A DNA stretch of 64,000 bases from Terriglobia bacterium. GTDB lineage: Bacteria; Acidobacteriota; Terriglobia; 20CM-2-55-15. Where the stretch lies: NCBI GenBank assembly GCA_963664115.2, contig CAXWPJ010000002.1:128001-192000 (forward strand), in the 5' to 3' direction. Shown here piece after piece: positions 29,680-39,182 of the stretch (its first letter is position 1; the number at the start of each line of letters is the position of its first letter). The position numbers were made by a program, and so were the translations under genes. Under the pieces are notes generated by a model. That model was given only the letters and a program-made list of their open reading frames with translations. It made no database searches and was not told where the DNA came from.

Positions 29680-31064
29680 GAGTTATAACCGAATCTGGTG
29701 TTTGAGGGATTGAATAAGAGCGGCGTATCTGGTTGATTTGTTGTGACAAAACTTCAAAGCAACCATAGGAGATACGCCACTGTGAGCAAGAGTAACGTGA
29801 ATGGACCGGAAGGTCGAGAAACGATTGAGGATCCAGTAACAGAACTACTACGAGTTGGGGCACAGCAACTGATCCAACGCGCAGTGGAAGCCGAATTGGC
29901 AGAGCTGCTATCCCAGCACGGTGGCCGGCGAACTGAGACAGGAAACGCCGGGGTGGTACGCAACGGTTATCTGCCGGAACGCGAACTGCAGACGGGATTG
30001 GGTCCGGTAACAGTCCAAATCCCGAAGGTCCGTGCCAAGACGGGCGAAGCTGTGACGTTCCGATCGGCCCTGGTACCACCGTACATTCGGAAGACGAAGT
30101 CGCTGGAAGCAGCGGTGCCGTGGTTGTATTTGAAAGGCGTTTCCAGCGGCGAGATGGGTGAGGCCCTAAAAGTTCTTGTCGGTCCCCAGGCGCAGGGTCT
30201 GTCGGCGAGCACGGTATCGCGGTTGAAACAGGTTTGGGGCGAACAGTACCGCCTCGGATGCGAGGAGCGTTTGGATGCAGATCGCTGGGTCTATGTCTGG
30301 GCCGACGGCATCTACAGCGGACTTCGGGCGGAACAAACCAAGTTGTGTGCATTGGTCGTGATCGGCGTGAATGAACGCGGAGAGAAGCGTTTCCTGGCGA
30401 TCGAAGACGGTGTACGGGAATCGACACAGAGTTGGCGCGAGGTCTTGTTGAAGCTGAAGTCCCGTGGGATGAATGTTCCGAAGTTGGCCATCGGTGACGG
30501 TGCGATGGGGTTCTGGGCCGCACTGGAGGAAATCTATCCCGAGACACGTCAACAACGTTGCTGGATGCACAAAGTCATGAACGTCCTCAACTGCCTGCCC
30601 AAGTCGGTCCAGGCGAAGGCGAAACAGGCCCTGCACTCGATCTGGCAGGCCGAGACGAAGGCAGACGCCGAGAAGGCATTCGACTTGTTCATTGAAACCT
30701 ATGAACCGAAGTATCCGAAAGCCACACTCTGCCTGCAGAAAGACAGAGAGGAACTGCTGGCCTTTTACGACTTTCCGGCCAAGCACTGGCAGAGCATCAG
30801 AACGACGAATCCCATTGAGTCGACCTTTGCCACCATTCGACACCGAACGAAGCGATCCAGAGGTTGCCTGACACGGGATGGCATGCTGCACATGATGTTC
30901 AAACTGGGCCAGTGCGCTGAGAACAATTGGCGACGATTACGAGGATTCGATGATCTGAGCAAGGTAATCATCGGAGTGAAATTCAACGATGGTGTCGAAG
31001 CGACACAAGTCGATCAGGCCGCCGCTTGAATCAATCTCCTAAACACCACTTTTGACAATAACTC
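29680..31064 (+). mobile_element. IS256-family element inserted in IS3 remnant
   Basis: TIRs GAGTTAT...GGTGTTT / AAACACC...ATAACTC; 9-bp duplication ATGATTAAC (29671-29679, 31065-31073). Confidence 0.9.
29782..31029 (+). CDS. IS256-family transposase
   Basis: RNGY, YVWADG, IGDGAMGFW, QRCWMHK, RTTNPIES. Confidence 0.93.
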   Translation: MSKSNVNGPEGRETIEDPVTELLRVGAQQLIQRAVEAELAELLSQHGGRRTETGNAGVVRNGYLPERELQTGLGPVTVQIPKVRAKTGEAVTFRSALVPPYIRKTKSLEAAVPWLYLKGVSSGEMGEALKVLVGPQAQGLSASTVSRLKQVWGEQYRLGCEERLDADRWVYVWADGIYSGLRAEQTKLCALVVIGVNERGEKRFLAIEDGVRESTQSWREVLLKLKSRGMNVPKLAIGDGAMGFWAALEEIYPETRQQRCWMHKVMNVLNCLPKSVQAKAKQALHSIWQAETKADAEKAFDLFIETYEPKYPKATLCLQKDREELLAFYDFPAKHWQSIRTTNPIESTFATIRHRTKRSRGCLTRDGMLHMMFKLGQCAENNWRRLRGFDDLSKVIIGVKFNDGVEATQVDQAAA

Positions 31065-31073
31065 ATGATTAAC

Positions 31074-31128
31074 CGTGGAATCCACCTTAAAATGGCTGCC
31101 AAGCTGTCCAACCGATGGGGTCCACTTC
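31074..31128 (+). mobile_element. IS3-family right end resumed after IS256
   Basis: CTGTCCAACCGATGGGGTCCACTTC, typical of IS3-family IRR. Confidence 0.7.
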
Positions 31129-31169
31129 TCTTAGCAACTGCCGCAGTCATTCTTGGAACGTAAGCGCTG

Positions 31170-31682
31170 CTACGGACCCGTCGCGGGGGCCCCCGCGTGC
31201 AGGTAATAGCGAATCCTCTCGAAAACTTCGTCCTCCAGCTCTAGGATTTCGCGAATCTGTTGTTGTGAGGCCAACAGGCCGTTAGATTCGCGGTACGCGA
31301 GCAGCCGGGCGGCCTGCTCACGGGTAATTCCGGGGATCTCGACTAGTTCGTCCTCTGATGCCGCATTCACATCGACGAGTGGAGGCACCTCTGGGCCGAA
31401 CACGTCAGTCAGGTAAACGATAATCTCTTCGGCTTCGTCAAGGAAGATCGGAGCGCCTCGCCCGATCATGTCGTAAACCGTCGCTTCCCATCTTTCTCGC
31501 GGCTTTCGCTCCCGCACCGTGCGCTCGAGATTGTGGCAGCTCTGACCGCAATACTGGGCCGTGAGTTCCTGCCCCTGTCCCGGCGGCAGGTATTCTGTCC
31601 ACTCTTCTTCGCGTTCTTGGCCTAATAACACCAAAGTTACACACATGCACCCGACCAATCCCACCGCTAGCCACTTATACAC
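31170..31682 (-). CDS. Cytochrome c-like domain plus ComEA-type helix-hairpin-helix
   Basis: LPPGQG.ELT...CGQSCH...W...V.DM..RGA; VDVNAAS.DEL..IPGI...A. Confidence 0.7.
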   Translation of the reverse strand: MYKWLAVGLVGCMCVTLVLLGQEREEEWTEYLPPGQGQELTAQYCGQSCHNLERTVRERKPRERWEATVYDMIGRGAPIFLDEAEEIIVYLTDVFGPEVPPLVDVNAASEDELVEIPGITREQAARLLAYRESNGLLASQQQIREILELEDEVFERIRYYLHAGAPATGP

Positions 31683-31765
31683 GTCCCTCCTCCCAATAAA
31701 TCCTCTCTCACCTGCCGCGGATGCTCAGTTCCTATCCCTGATGGCACAAGGCCAGTCAATCCGAG

Positions 31766-33679
31766 TTACACGAGTCTTGTCCGGGCTGCGGCAACCGAGT
31801 ACGCTGGGTACGAGCCCGCCTGTTCTGCACCGGAACCCGAGTTCTCGATACGGGCATCGATCAAGTACGGCCGCCCCTCACGCGTTGTTCTGATGGCCCG
31901 TGACATTGCCTCTCGAACTTGCTCGCGACTTTGCACCTGTTCGCCGCGGATGCCGAAGGCCTCGGCCACGCGAACGAAATCGACGTTCGGATCACCCAGG
32001 TAGGACAGCATGTCTTTTCCTACTTCGGCCTGGCGTCCGCCTCGCGAGAACATCCGGGCCCGGGTCTCGTTGTAGGAACGGTTGTTGAAAATGACGACGA
32101 TGACGGGAACGTCGTAACGAGACATGCTCCAGAGCGCCTCGATTTGGCCGAACAGAAAACCCCCGTCCCCTTGCAAACACACCACCTGATTGTCGGGCCG
32201 TGCGAGCTTGACCCCGACGGACGCCGCAACACCCCATCCCAGCGCATATCCGATGGTCCGGCCGATCTTCGTCTTCTCTTCCTCGGCAAAATTAAACCAT
32301 CGGAGCGCCTTCGGACCTTGCGTTCCAAACTCTTCCACGATGTAAGCATCGCGGTCTAGGGCAGCGTTGACTTCATACCCCACGCACTCGAACGTCAGGG
32401 GAACCTCATCAAATCGGCGCTGGGCGACGAATTCGAAAGACTCACGCATCCTTTGCGTAAATTCTGCTGTTGCTTCCTGGCGGGGCTGCCGGATCCGCTC
32501 CAGACGTTCGTTAGTCGCCAGACTCCTGATACTTTCCACCAGGGCCGTGGCCGTCTCGTTGACGCTTCCGGCCAAGGGGACGTGAACCGGATAAGCCGTT
32601 CCGATATGATCCGTTTCGACACGGCCGTGTATGATCTTTGCGTTCCGGAGCCGATCGTTTTCGAGCGACGCCGCGCCCGACATATGCGCGCCTAAATTCA
32701 AGTACACGTCGATGCTTTCAGGAAAGCGGCCACCGGAGACTTCAAGAAACAGCGGATGTTTGGTTGGGAAGTCGGCGGCCCAGCTCCGCGCCTGGGTCAC
32801 TGGAATTGCCAACAGTTCCGCAAGCTCGACAACGGATGCCCCAGCGCCAGATGCGGTAACCTCCGGGCCCACGTATAGAAGAGGGCTTTCGGCCTCGAGC
32901 AGCATCCGGGCCGCCTCGTCCACGTCTTGCGGGTGGGGTTGCAGAGTCGTGGGTACGCTGAACGTACGGGACGGGTAGATGCCCGCCCGCATATTACTTG
33001 TGTAGAGCACATCGCGGGGAAAACGAAGATACACCGGTCCTCCCGGCATAGTCGTAGCCAGCTTCAAGGCTTTCGTGGTCCACTCGGGAATTCGATCGGG
33101 CTCAGACACAAGCCAGCGGAACTTCGTGAACTGCTCGACGGTTTCCAGCCAGTCCTCGACGTCTTCATGTCCGTCCCGTCCAGCGCGATCGGTCTCGGAG
33201 TGATCTGAAGTCACGATGATCGGGCTACGATCCTTCATCGCGTTGTACATGTTTGACGTCGCGTTGGGCGATCCCACACGACTGATCATCACGAAGCCGG
33301 GGTTTCCCGACGCTTTCGCGTAGCCGTCCGCCATTGCGACACAGTGGCCCTCATGGGTAGCGAGAATTGGTTGCATGTCGGGGCGATCGACGAGCGCATC
33401 ACACAGTGGGCCGAGCCCCGAGCCATTTCCGAGGAACAGGAACTTAATGCCAGCGGCCCGCAATTGTTCCGCCAAGACCTCTCCGGCATTCCCTTCGAAC
33501 GGAGTCAGCAGTTCGGCTGGGGCGTCCCCCGCCTGAGCGCTCTGAGCCTGGACGAACGGTTCCAGCGATTTCAAGACGGATGCGACCGCGGTCACTCCGA
33601 ACCCAGCCTGCGACATCCGTTTCACGAAAGACCGGCGTGGAATCGTCTGCTCGATGTAGTCTCTAACGATATCTCTCAT
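31766..33679 (-). CDS. ThDP-dependent enzyme (benzoylformate decarboxylase/ALS-like) with Tat signal
   Basis: RRSFVK; HEGHCVAMADGYAK; GDGGF...NNRSY ThDP motif. Confidence 0.85.
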   Translation of the reverse strand: MRDIVRDYIEQTIPRRSFVKRMSQAGFGVTAVASVLKSLEPFVQAQSAQAGDAPAELLTPFEGNAGEVLAEQLRAAGIKFLFLGNGSGLGPLCDALVDRPDMQPILATHEGHCVAMADGYAKASGNPGFVMISRVGSPNATSNMYNAMKDRSPIIVTSDHSETDRAGRDGHEDVEDWLETVEQFTKFRWLVSEPDRIPEWTTKALKLATTMPGGPVYLRFPRDVLYTSNMRAGIYPSRTFSVPTTLQPHPQDVDEAARMLLEAESPLLYVGPEVTASGAGASVVELAELLAIPVTQARSWAADFPTKHPLFLEVSGGRFPESIDVYLNLGAHMSGAASLENDRLRNAKIIHGRVETDHIGTAYPVHVPLAGSVNETATALVESIRSLATNERLERIRQPRQEATAEFTQRMRESFEFVAQRRFDEVPLTFECVGYEVNAALDRDAYIVEEFGTQGPKALRWFNFAEEEKTKIGRTIGYALGWGVAASVGVKLARPDNQVVCLQGDGGFLFGQIEALWSMSRYDVPVIVVIFNNRSYNETRARMFSRGGRQAEVGKDMLSYLGDPNVDFVRVAEAFGIRGEQVQSREQVREAMSRAIRTTREGRPYLIDARIENSGSGAEQAGSYPAYSVAAARTRLV

Positions 33680-33759
33680 GATTTCGCCTCCTGGCGTGCT
33701 AAGGATTCCTCTCCTCGAAGAGCTCGACGAAGAGAGAACCTCCATTGCCGTTCGTCGGT

Positions 33760-34108
33760 TTTAGCGGGCCGCTCTACGGAACTGTTTTCTTCGATAGGCC
33801 TCTTCAGATTTGACCCCAACCGAACTATATATGATATCCGTCCGGATGACGCCGTTTCGTCATGGTGAATCCCAGGGGCGGCCTGCAAGCGGCTTCGGGG
33901 CTCCAACAGATAGTCGAGATCCAAAATTGGTTTGAAGAACTGAAGGAACGGGCTCCTGTACCGTAACTTTCAAGCTCAAGTTCTGAGAAATCATCTTCTC
34001 GGAGATTGAGAAATGGTCGAAAGTCGGGCATCGACGCATTCCTTGCCAATAACCCTCCCATGTAGATAGACTTACCAGAATTTGGGCGCTCTCTTTGGCG
34101 GCAAACCT
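33760..34108 (+). repeat. Kinase-TolB 3' remnant plus conserved promoter-like tail, copy 1
   Basis: LF...YDIRPDD/RFVMV...QNWFEELKERAPVP* (TAA 33964), then TTGCCA-N18-TAGACT. Confidence 0.8.
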
Positions 34109-34192
34109 GGGCTGGCCCGACGGCAACGGACATGATTGCGGCGGCTGGAGAGACTACGGCCGCGGATAAGAAATCTCTTCGGGGAGGCAATA

Positions 34193-35128
34193 ATGAACAC
34201 AAAGACAATCAGCGTCGGCTTATTGATTCTGGGTGCCGGCTTCGTATTTTCCCAGATGGCGGGTGCGCAGGGCGCGGGCGCCAATGTCGATACGATCACC
34301 CAGTTGACGGATAACGTCTATCGGCGCGGCCCCACCTCGAACGTCTTCATGGTGACGGACGAGGGCATCATCATGGTCGATGCCACTTGCGATGGGGGAG
34401 GTATGGAGTGGCTCAAGGAAGAGTTAGATCGCCGGTTTGGCGTCCCGGTGAAGTACGTCATCCTGAGTCACGACCACGAGATGCACATCTGCGGGCTGCA
34501 AGTCTTCGATGACACAGCGGTGACGATCGGCCACAAGAACATCAGAGAGCACATTATTAGAGAAGGCCGGAATACATCCGTACCCGATGTCGTCTTCGAG
34601 GGGGATAACCTGGAGATCTATCTCGGTGGCCAGAGGGCGATCGTGTACTATTTCGGTCCCCTCCACAGCGACAACCTGGTCCAGGTTCACTTCCCAGACG
34701 AAGGCGTGATGGTCGCGACGGATCTGGTTCGCGCCGGCAAGTCGATCGGACTGCCCGACTACCGCGACTCGAACGTGAACAACATGATCGAGGCGCTCTG
34801 GAAATTATCTAAACTGGATAACATCGATATCGTGGTTCCCGGTCACGCGGGCCTCGCCGATCAGCAATCGTTTACCTTTTATCGTGAGTATCTGATCGCT
34901 CTCAGGGAGCGGGTGCTGGACGAGATGGTGGAGGGCGCCTCAATCGAGGAGATTCTGGAGCGGGTCACCATGGAGGATTTCTCCGACTACGGCAACTACG
35001 ACAACTGGCTTCGCGCCAATATCATCTCCATGTGGGATTATCTCTATCGCTACAGGGAGCCGAGCCAGGGCGTGGGGGACTACCAGAATGTGTATCCCAT
35101 CGGTTTCCCGATCGGCGCTCCGGAGTAA
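34193..35128 (+). CDS. Exported MBL-fold metallohydrolase
   Basis: SHDHEMH, LHSDN, ATD, VPGH; signal peptide. Confidence 0.85.
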   Translation: MNTKTISVGLLILGAGFVFSQMAGAQGAGANVDTITQLTDNVYRRGPTSNVFMVTDEGIIMVDATCDGGGMEWLKEELDRRFGVPVKYVILSHDHEMHICGLQVFDDTAVTIGHKNIREHIIREGRNTSVPDVVFEGDNLEIYLGGQRAIVYYFGPLHSDNLVQVHFPDEGVMVATDLVRAGKSIGLPDYRDSNVNNMIEALWKLSKLDNIDIVVPGHAGLADQQSFTFYREYLIALRERVLDEMVEGASIEEILERVTMEDFSDYGNYDNWLRANIISMWDYLYRYREPSQGVGDYQNVYPIGFPIGAPE

Positions 35129-35234
35129 GCGCGAGCGAGGACTACACGACGCATGCATAGGACCCCTGGCCCGATCGCCGCGCTGGCACTCACCGGCCGG
35201 GCCGGAATTCGGCTCAAGCTATTGGCTGGTCCGG

Positions 35235-35400
35235 CGATCCGAATCAACATCGTCCTAAACTGGTTTGAAGAACTGAAGGAATGGGTGCCTGTGCCCTGAT
35301 TTTCGAGGTCAAGGCCTGAGCAATCATCTTCCCGGACCTTGAGAATCGCCCGAATTACAGGCGCTGACAGTTTTCTTGCTTATAAGTCCCGCCTGTAGAT
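35235..35400 (+). repeat. Kinase-TolB 3' remnant plus tail, copy 2
   Basis: RINIVLNWFEELKEWVPVP* (TGA 35297); tail similar to copies 1 and 3. Confidence 0.8.
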
Positions 35401-35407
35401 GGTGATC

Positions 35408-36280
35408 CTACCGGCCCGGTCCCCCCTCCGCCTCCCGGAGCATCGCTTCGAATCTGGCTTCGACATCCGGCACGAAACTCCTCCACCCTTCCGCGTCAAT
35501 GCAGGTCACACACCTCGGGTCGACGGGAAGAGCCGGGTCCAACTCGCGGGGCGGATCCTGCGGATGATTGTGGAGGAAGAGGTCGGGGGGTTCGAGCTCC
35601 TTCAGCCTTTGAAGAGTCCTCTGCGTGTCGGCGACAACCGTCGGGTGCCTGGGATTGTTGAAGAGCTGAGCCCCCGCGTTCGGAATTTCGCCGCCACGGA
35701 AGGCGATGGAATAAGTATTCCCACCCTCCTCGACGGTTGTCATCCACATCGTTGCTCCTTGCGTGTGGCCCCCCGTCCAGAGGGCGCGCAACGTCACTGC
35801 GCCGAGCGTGACTGTGTCACCGTCCTCGACCACGCGATCCACCGTGACAGGCTCAAAGTTCCGGGCCCCGATAGCCGAGTTGTCCTGGCCTGATTGGAGC
35901 GCCACGGCGTCGCCGCCGAGCGCAACAACCTGCGCACCGGTCACTCGCTTCATGGCCGCGTGCCCCTCGACGTGGTCCCAATGTGCATGGCTCGAGATCA
36001 TGATCCGGATGTCCCGAACGTTGAATCCGAGTTTCTCGACGTTCGATACGATGAGCTCGTGCATATCGGCACTGCCCGTGTCGTGGAGAATGTGGCCCTC
36101 CGGCGTGGTGATGAGATAGGAGCCATATTGGCCGCCCACATAGTAGATATTGCCTATGACGCGGAACGGTTCCACGGTTTCGTTCGCCGCCTGAATTCGC
36201 TCTCTTCGTTCCGCCCCACCATACGGCGACATCGATACCATCGCTGCACTCAGCACCACCAGTGCACATATCAGACGCAT
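35408..36280 (-). CDS. Subclass B3-like metallo-beta-lactamase fold protein
   Basis: PFRVIGNIYYVG, SYLITTPEGHIL, SHAHWDH, GGHTQG. Confidence 0.85.
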   Translation of the reverse strand: MRLICALVVLSAAMVSMSPYGGAERRERIQAANETVEPFRVIGNIYYVGGQYGSYLITTPEGHILHDTGSADMHELIVSNVEKLGFNVRDIRIMISSHAHWDHVEGHAAMKRVTGAQVVALGGDAVALQSGQDNSAIGARNFEPVTVDRVVEDGDTVTLGAVTLRALWTGGHTQGATMWMTTVEEGGNTYSIAFRGGEIPNAGAQLFNNPRHPTVVADTQRTLQRLKELEPPDLFLHNHPQDPPRELDPALPVDPRCVTCIDAEGWRSFVPDVEARFEAMLREAEGGPGR

Positions 36281-36440
36281 ACGGCCTCCTTACAAAAGTT
36301 GTGGATGTCAGACGCGTTTTCAGGTTTTCAACACCGCATCGTGGGTCGGCGTAAGATACATCATTTTCGAATTACTCAAGTTTCAGTATCCGAGGACTTC
36401 ACCGGATGAGACCTCCGGCAGTCGGGCGGCACCGGCTGGA

Positions 36441-37394
36441 TCAATATTCCCCACGCGCCACATCTGCACTCAGGCACTCGATCTGCCACCCGGCAAATTG
36501 CTGGAAACCCTCCACACCAATAAGGAATGGATTCGGCTGGCCCGGTTGACGCGTCCGCGCTGCTTCGATCGTCGGCAGGGAATCGTCGATGTAGGAGTGG
36601 TTGTTGAGTTCGACGTCCACCCCGGCCGCTTTGGCGAGCGTCGCCATCCGCTGGGTCGATTCCATCATCTCGCGAGAAGTCGCCAGCGAAACGGTCCGTG
36701 GTCCGTTCAGGAAAAAGGCGAGGTGAGGCTGCCCACCTTCCATCACGGGCACCATCGTAGACAACGCTCCGTCAGTATGCCCCGGCGTGGAGTAAAACGT
36801 CAGGGTCGTGCCCCCGAGGGTCAGTGTGTCACCGTCGGCTACCACCATGTCGCGCTCCGGCGGTGCCGCGCGGCCCGATTCGGTACTCGCTTCCATCGTA
36901 CGCCAGGCCAGTTCGGTCGCCACCACTCGCGCGCCAAAACGTTCCTGAAGGTAGCGGGCGCCTCCATAGTGATCGCCATGTTCGTGGCTGATCACCACGT
37001 ACTGGATACGTGAGGGATCGAGGCCGAGCTGTTCCATGCCCCCGACAATCTTCACCTCCGCATCCTGGGCATCGTTCAAAGAATCGAGAAGAATAATCCC
37101 GTCGGGTGTGTCCACCGCCCACGAATAGACCCTGGGGAGACCCAGGAAGTAGAGGTTGTCGAAGACACGGACGGGCGCCACCGTTTCGGGAAGCTCGGGC
37201 CGGGGGCGGCCGTTGCGGGGCAAGCATAGCCGCGTCATTGCTCGCTCGTAACGCGTACCGGCAAGTTCTATGGCTTTATCGACGTGCATCTGCACCGCCG
37301 GTGCTTCCTGCGCATGCGCGGGAACGGCGGTGGCCAGGTTCGAAACGACAACGGCGACTACGAGCATGAATTTTACTGTCTGCATTGTTTTCAT
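36441..37394 (-). CDS. B3-like MBL-fold hydrolase
   Basis: VFDNLYFLG, SHEHGDHYGG, TPGHT, NNH; N- and C-terminal Cys. Confidence 0.85.
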   Translation of the reverse strand: MKTMQTVKFMLVVAVVVSNLATAVPAHAQEAPAVQMHVDKAIELAGTRYERAMTRLCLPRNGRPRPELPETVAPVRVFDNLYFLGLPRVYSWAVDTPDGIILLDSLNDAQDAEVKIVGGMEQLGLDPSRIQYVVISHEHGDHYGGARYLQERFGARVVATELAWRTMEASTESGRAAPPERDMVVADGDTLTLGGTTLTFYSTPGHTDGALSTMVPVMEGGQPHLAFFLNGPRTVSLATSREMMESTQRMATLAKAAGVDVELNNHSYIDDSLPTIEAARTRQPGQPNPFLIGVEGFQQFAGWQIECLSADVARGEY

Positions 37395-37751
37395 TGTCCT
37401 ATTCTCATGTTCAATTCAAAGGAAAACGCGCGCGAATACCGGCGTCACGGCCAAACTTCCCCAATACTTTGCACCCGCTGCCGGGCAAACGTCTAGATAA
37501 TTCTCATCAGCTAGACCCCCGGCTATGCCGGCGTGACTCGCAGAAGTTTGTCCCTACTTCCTTCATTTCCTGGGCATACACTGCACCTGTCCGTTCACGT
37601 AAAGTGTTCGATTGACCGCCTGCGGTCACCCGTCTAGTCGAAAGTTGAGAATCGAATCTACCACCGAGGGCGCGTATTTCACCTATACTTCACCGACACT
37701 AGCTTGCGCCCGCTGACAGTATCGTCCGTCCAGACTTATAAACACCGCCGC

Positions 37752-38603
37752 CTAAGCAGATTCAGGCCGATGCGCCCGGAGGAAGGAACGAATCTGGCGC
37801 ACTGCCAGGGGAATTAGCTCGGGAGGCTCCTTCCATGGGTACATGCTCAGTTCGGCTTTCGGCGCGAGCATCGCAGACTCCATGGCGACGGCGTAGGGGT
37901 GCGCCGGGCTATCATCGGGCAGGATCAGTACGGGCGTCTGGCAATTGCGCACGAAATCGCGTGTCACGGTGATGACGAAGTCGATGTTGCGATACATCTT
38001 GGTCAGGTATGCGTCGACCGTCTCCATCGTGATCTCGGGCCGGCTCTCCACTATCTCGGAGCCCCAGCCGCTCATGTTGCCCTCGTAGAAGCGGTCGGGC
38101 GCTTCCGGGCGGAACCCAAGGGGCTGCGCCAGCACGGCGGCGGCGACACGATCCGGAGCCCGCTCCAGCAGGTTCCAGATTAAAGGGCCGGCGATGCAGA
38201 AGCCCAGCACCATGAACTTGTCGATGCCCAGGTGATCCATCAGACCGAGATGGTCATCGGTATATGCATCCCACGGCCGGTCGATCTCGAGTGGGCCGGT
38301 GGATTGGCCGGGAATGGCATTGCGCAAGTCCGATCCGATGCAGCGGTATTCTCCGCTGAACTCCTCGATCGTGTTAAAGGGGCCTCGGAACAATCCGGAC
38401 ATCGTCGAGTTCAATCCCCCGCCGGCGATGAGCAACAACGGGAAGCCGGAACCGAACTCTTCATAGTGGATGCGAACGGGGCCTCTTTCGTAGAAGGAGC
38501 CAGTGCCCCCCTGCCCCGTCTGTTGAGCGAACAAGCGCGGCGCTGCGGCCATCGCCGTCGCCGCGGCTCCCGCCGCCAGTATTTTGCGTCTGATTGGATC
38601 CAT
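37752..38603 (-). CDS. Alpha/beta hydrolase with Cys nucleophile and Tat signal
   Basis: IRRKIL signal; GFCIAG elbow; GGGLNS. Confidence 0.82.
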   Translation of the reverse strand: MDPIRRKILAAGAAATAMAAAPRLFAQQTGQGGTGSFYERGPVRIHYEEFGSGFPLLLIAGGGLNSTMSGLFRGPFNTIEEFSGEYRCIGSDLRNAIPGQSTGPLEIDRPWDAYTDDHLGLMDHLGIDKFMVLGFCIAGPLIWNLLERAPDRVAAAVLAQPLGFRPEAPDRFYEGNMSGWGSEIVESRPEITMETVDAYLTKMYRNIDFVITVTRDFVRNCQTPVLILPDDSPAHPYAVAMESAMLAPKAELSMYPWKEPPELIPLAVRQIRSFLRAHRPESA

Positions 38604-38724
38604 AGTCGACGTCCTCCTCAAATTGTTGCGTCCCGTGGGTGCGGGTCAAATCGCCAGAGCGTTGTCCTCTAGAGCTTCGAAAATATATCATGGTCTTCTT
38701 GAAAGAGCGGACCGAATTGGAAGA

Positions 38725-38940
38725 AGCCGAGCGCCCATGAATCAACATCGTCCTGATCTGGTATGAAGAACTGAAAGAACGGGTGCCGGTGCCCTAGAAA
38801 AATGATTCTCGAGTCCTGATAATTCCCGTTCCCGGACCTTGGGAATTGGCAAATTTTAGGGACTTGACCCTGTCCTTGCCAATAACCTTCCCTTGTCGAT
38901 AGACTTAGCAGAATTTCGGTGTCCCGTTTGGCGACACACT
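38725..38940 (+). repeat. Kinase-TolB 3' remnant plus tail, copy 3
   Basis: *INIVLIWYEELKERVPVP* (TAG 38795); TTGCCA-N18-TAGACT at 38876-38905. Confidence 0.8.
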
Positions 38941-39182
38941 AAATCATCAATCCGGAATGGGACTTGTGTGCATTCTCGTCCAAACGTAGATCTCTATGGA
39001 GGCGCTGGAAGCACGTATGAGGCTATGACTGTTGCCTACAGCTATGTAGGATTGATGGATCAGGACTTGGCACCCGGCCCGACCTGCTCCTGTGTGAAGC
39101 TGCTAGCCGGGTGAGTGCCTAGAGCACTTCGGTCCAGGCAATCACCTGTCCGGTTGGCCGGATGCCAAGTAAGGAGGACGCC

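Noticed and set aside
33760-38940. CRISPR array from the repeated GAAGAACTGAAGGAA sequence
   Set aside because: Copies are kilobases apart, degenerate and protein-derived; no cas genes
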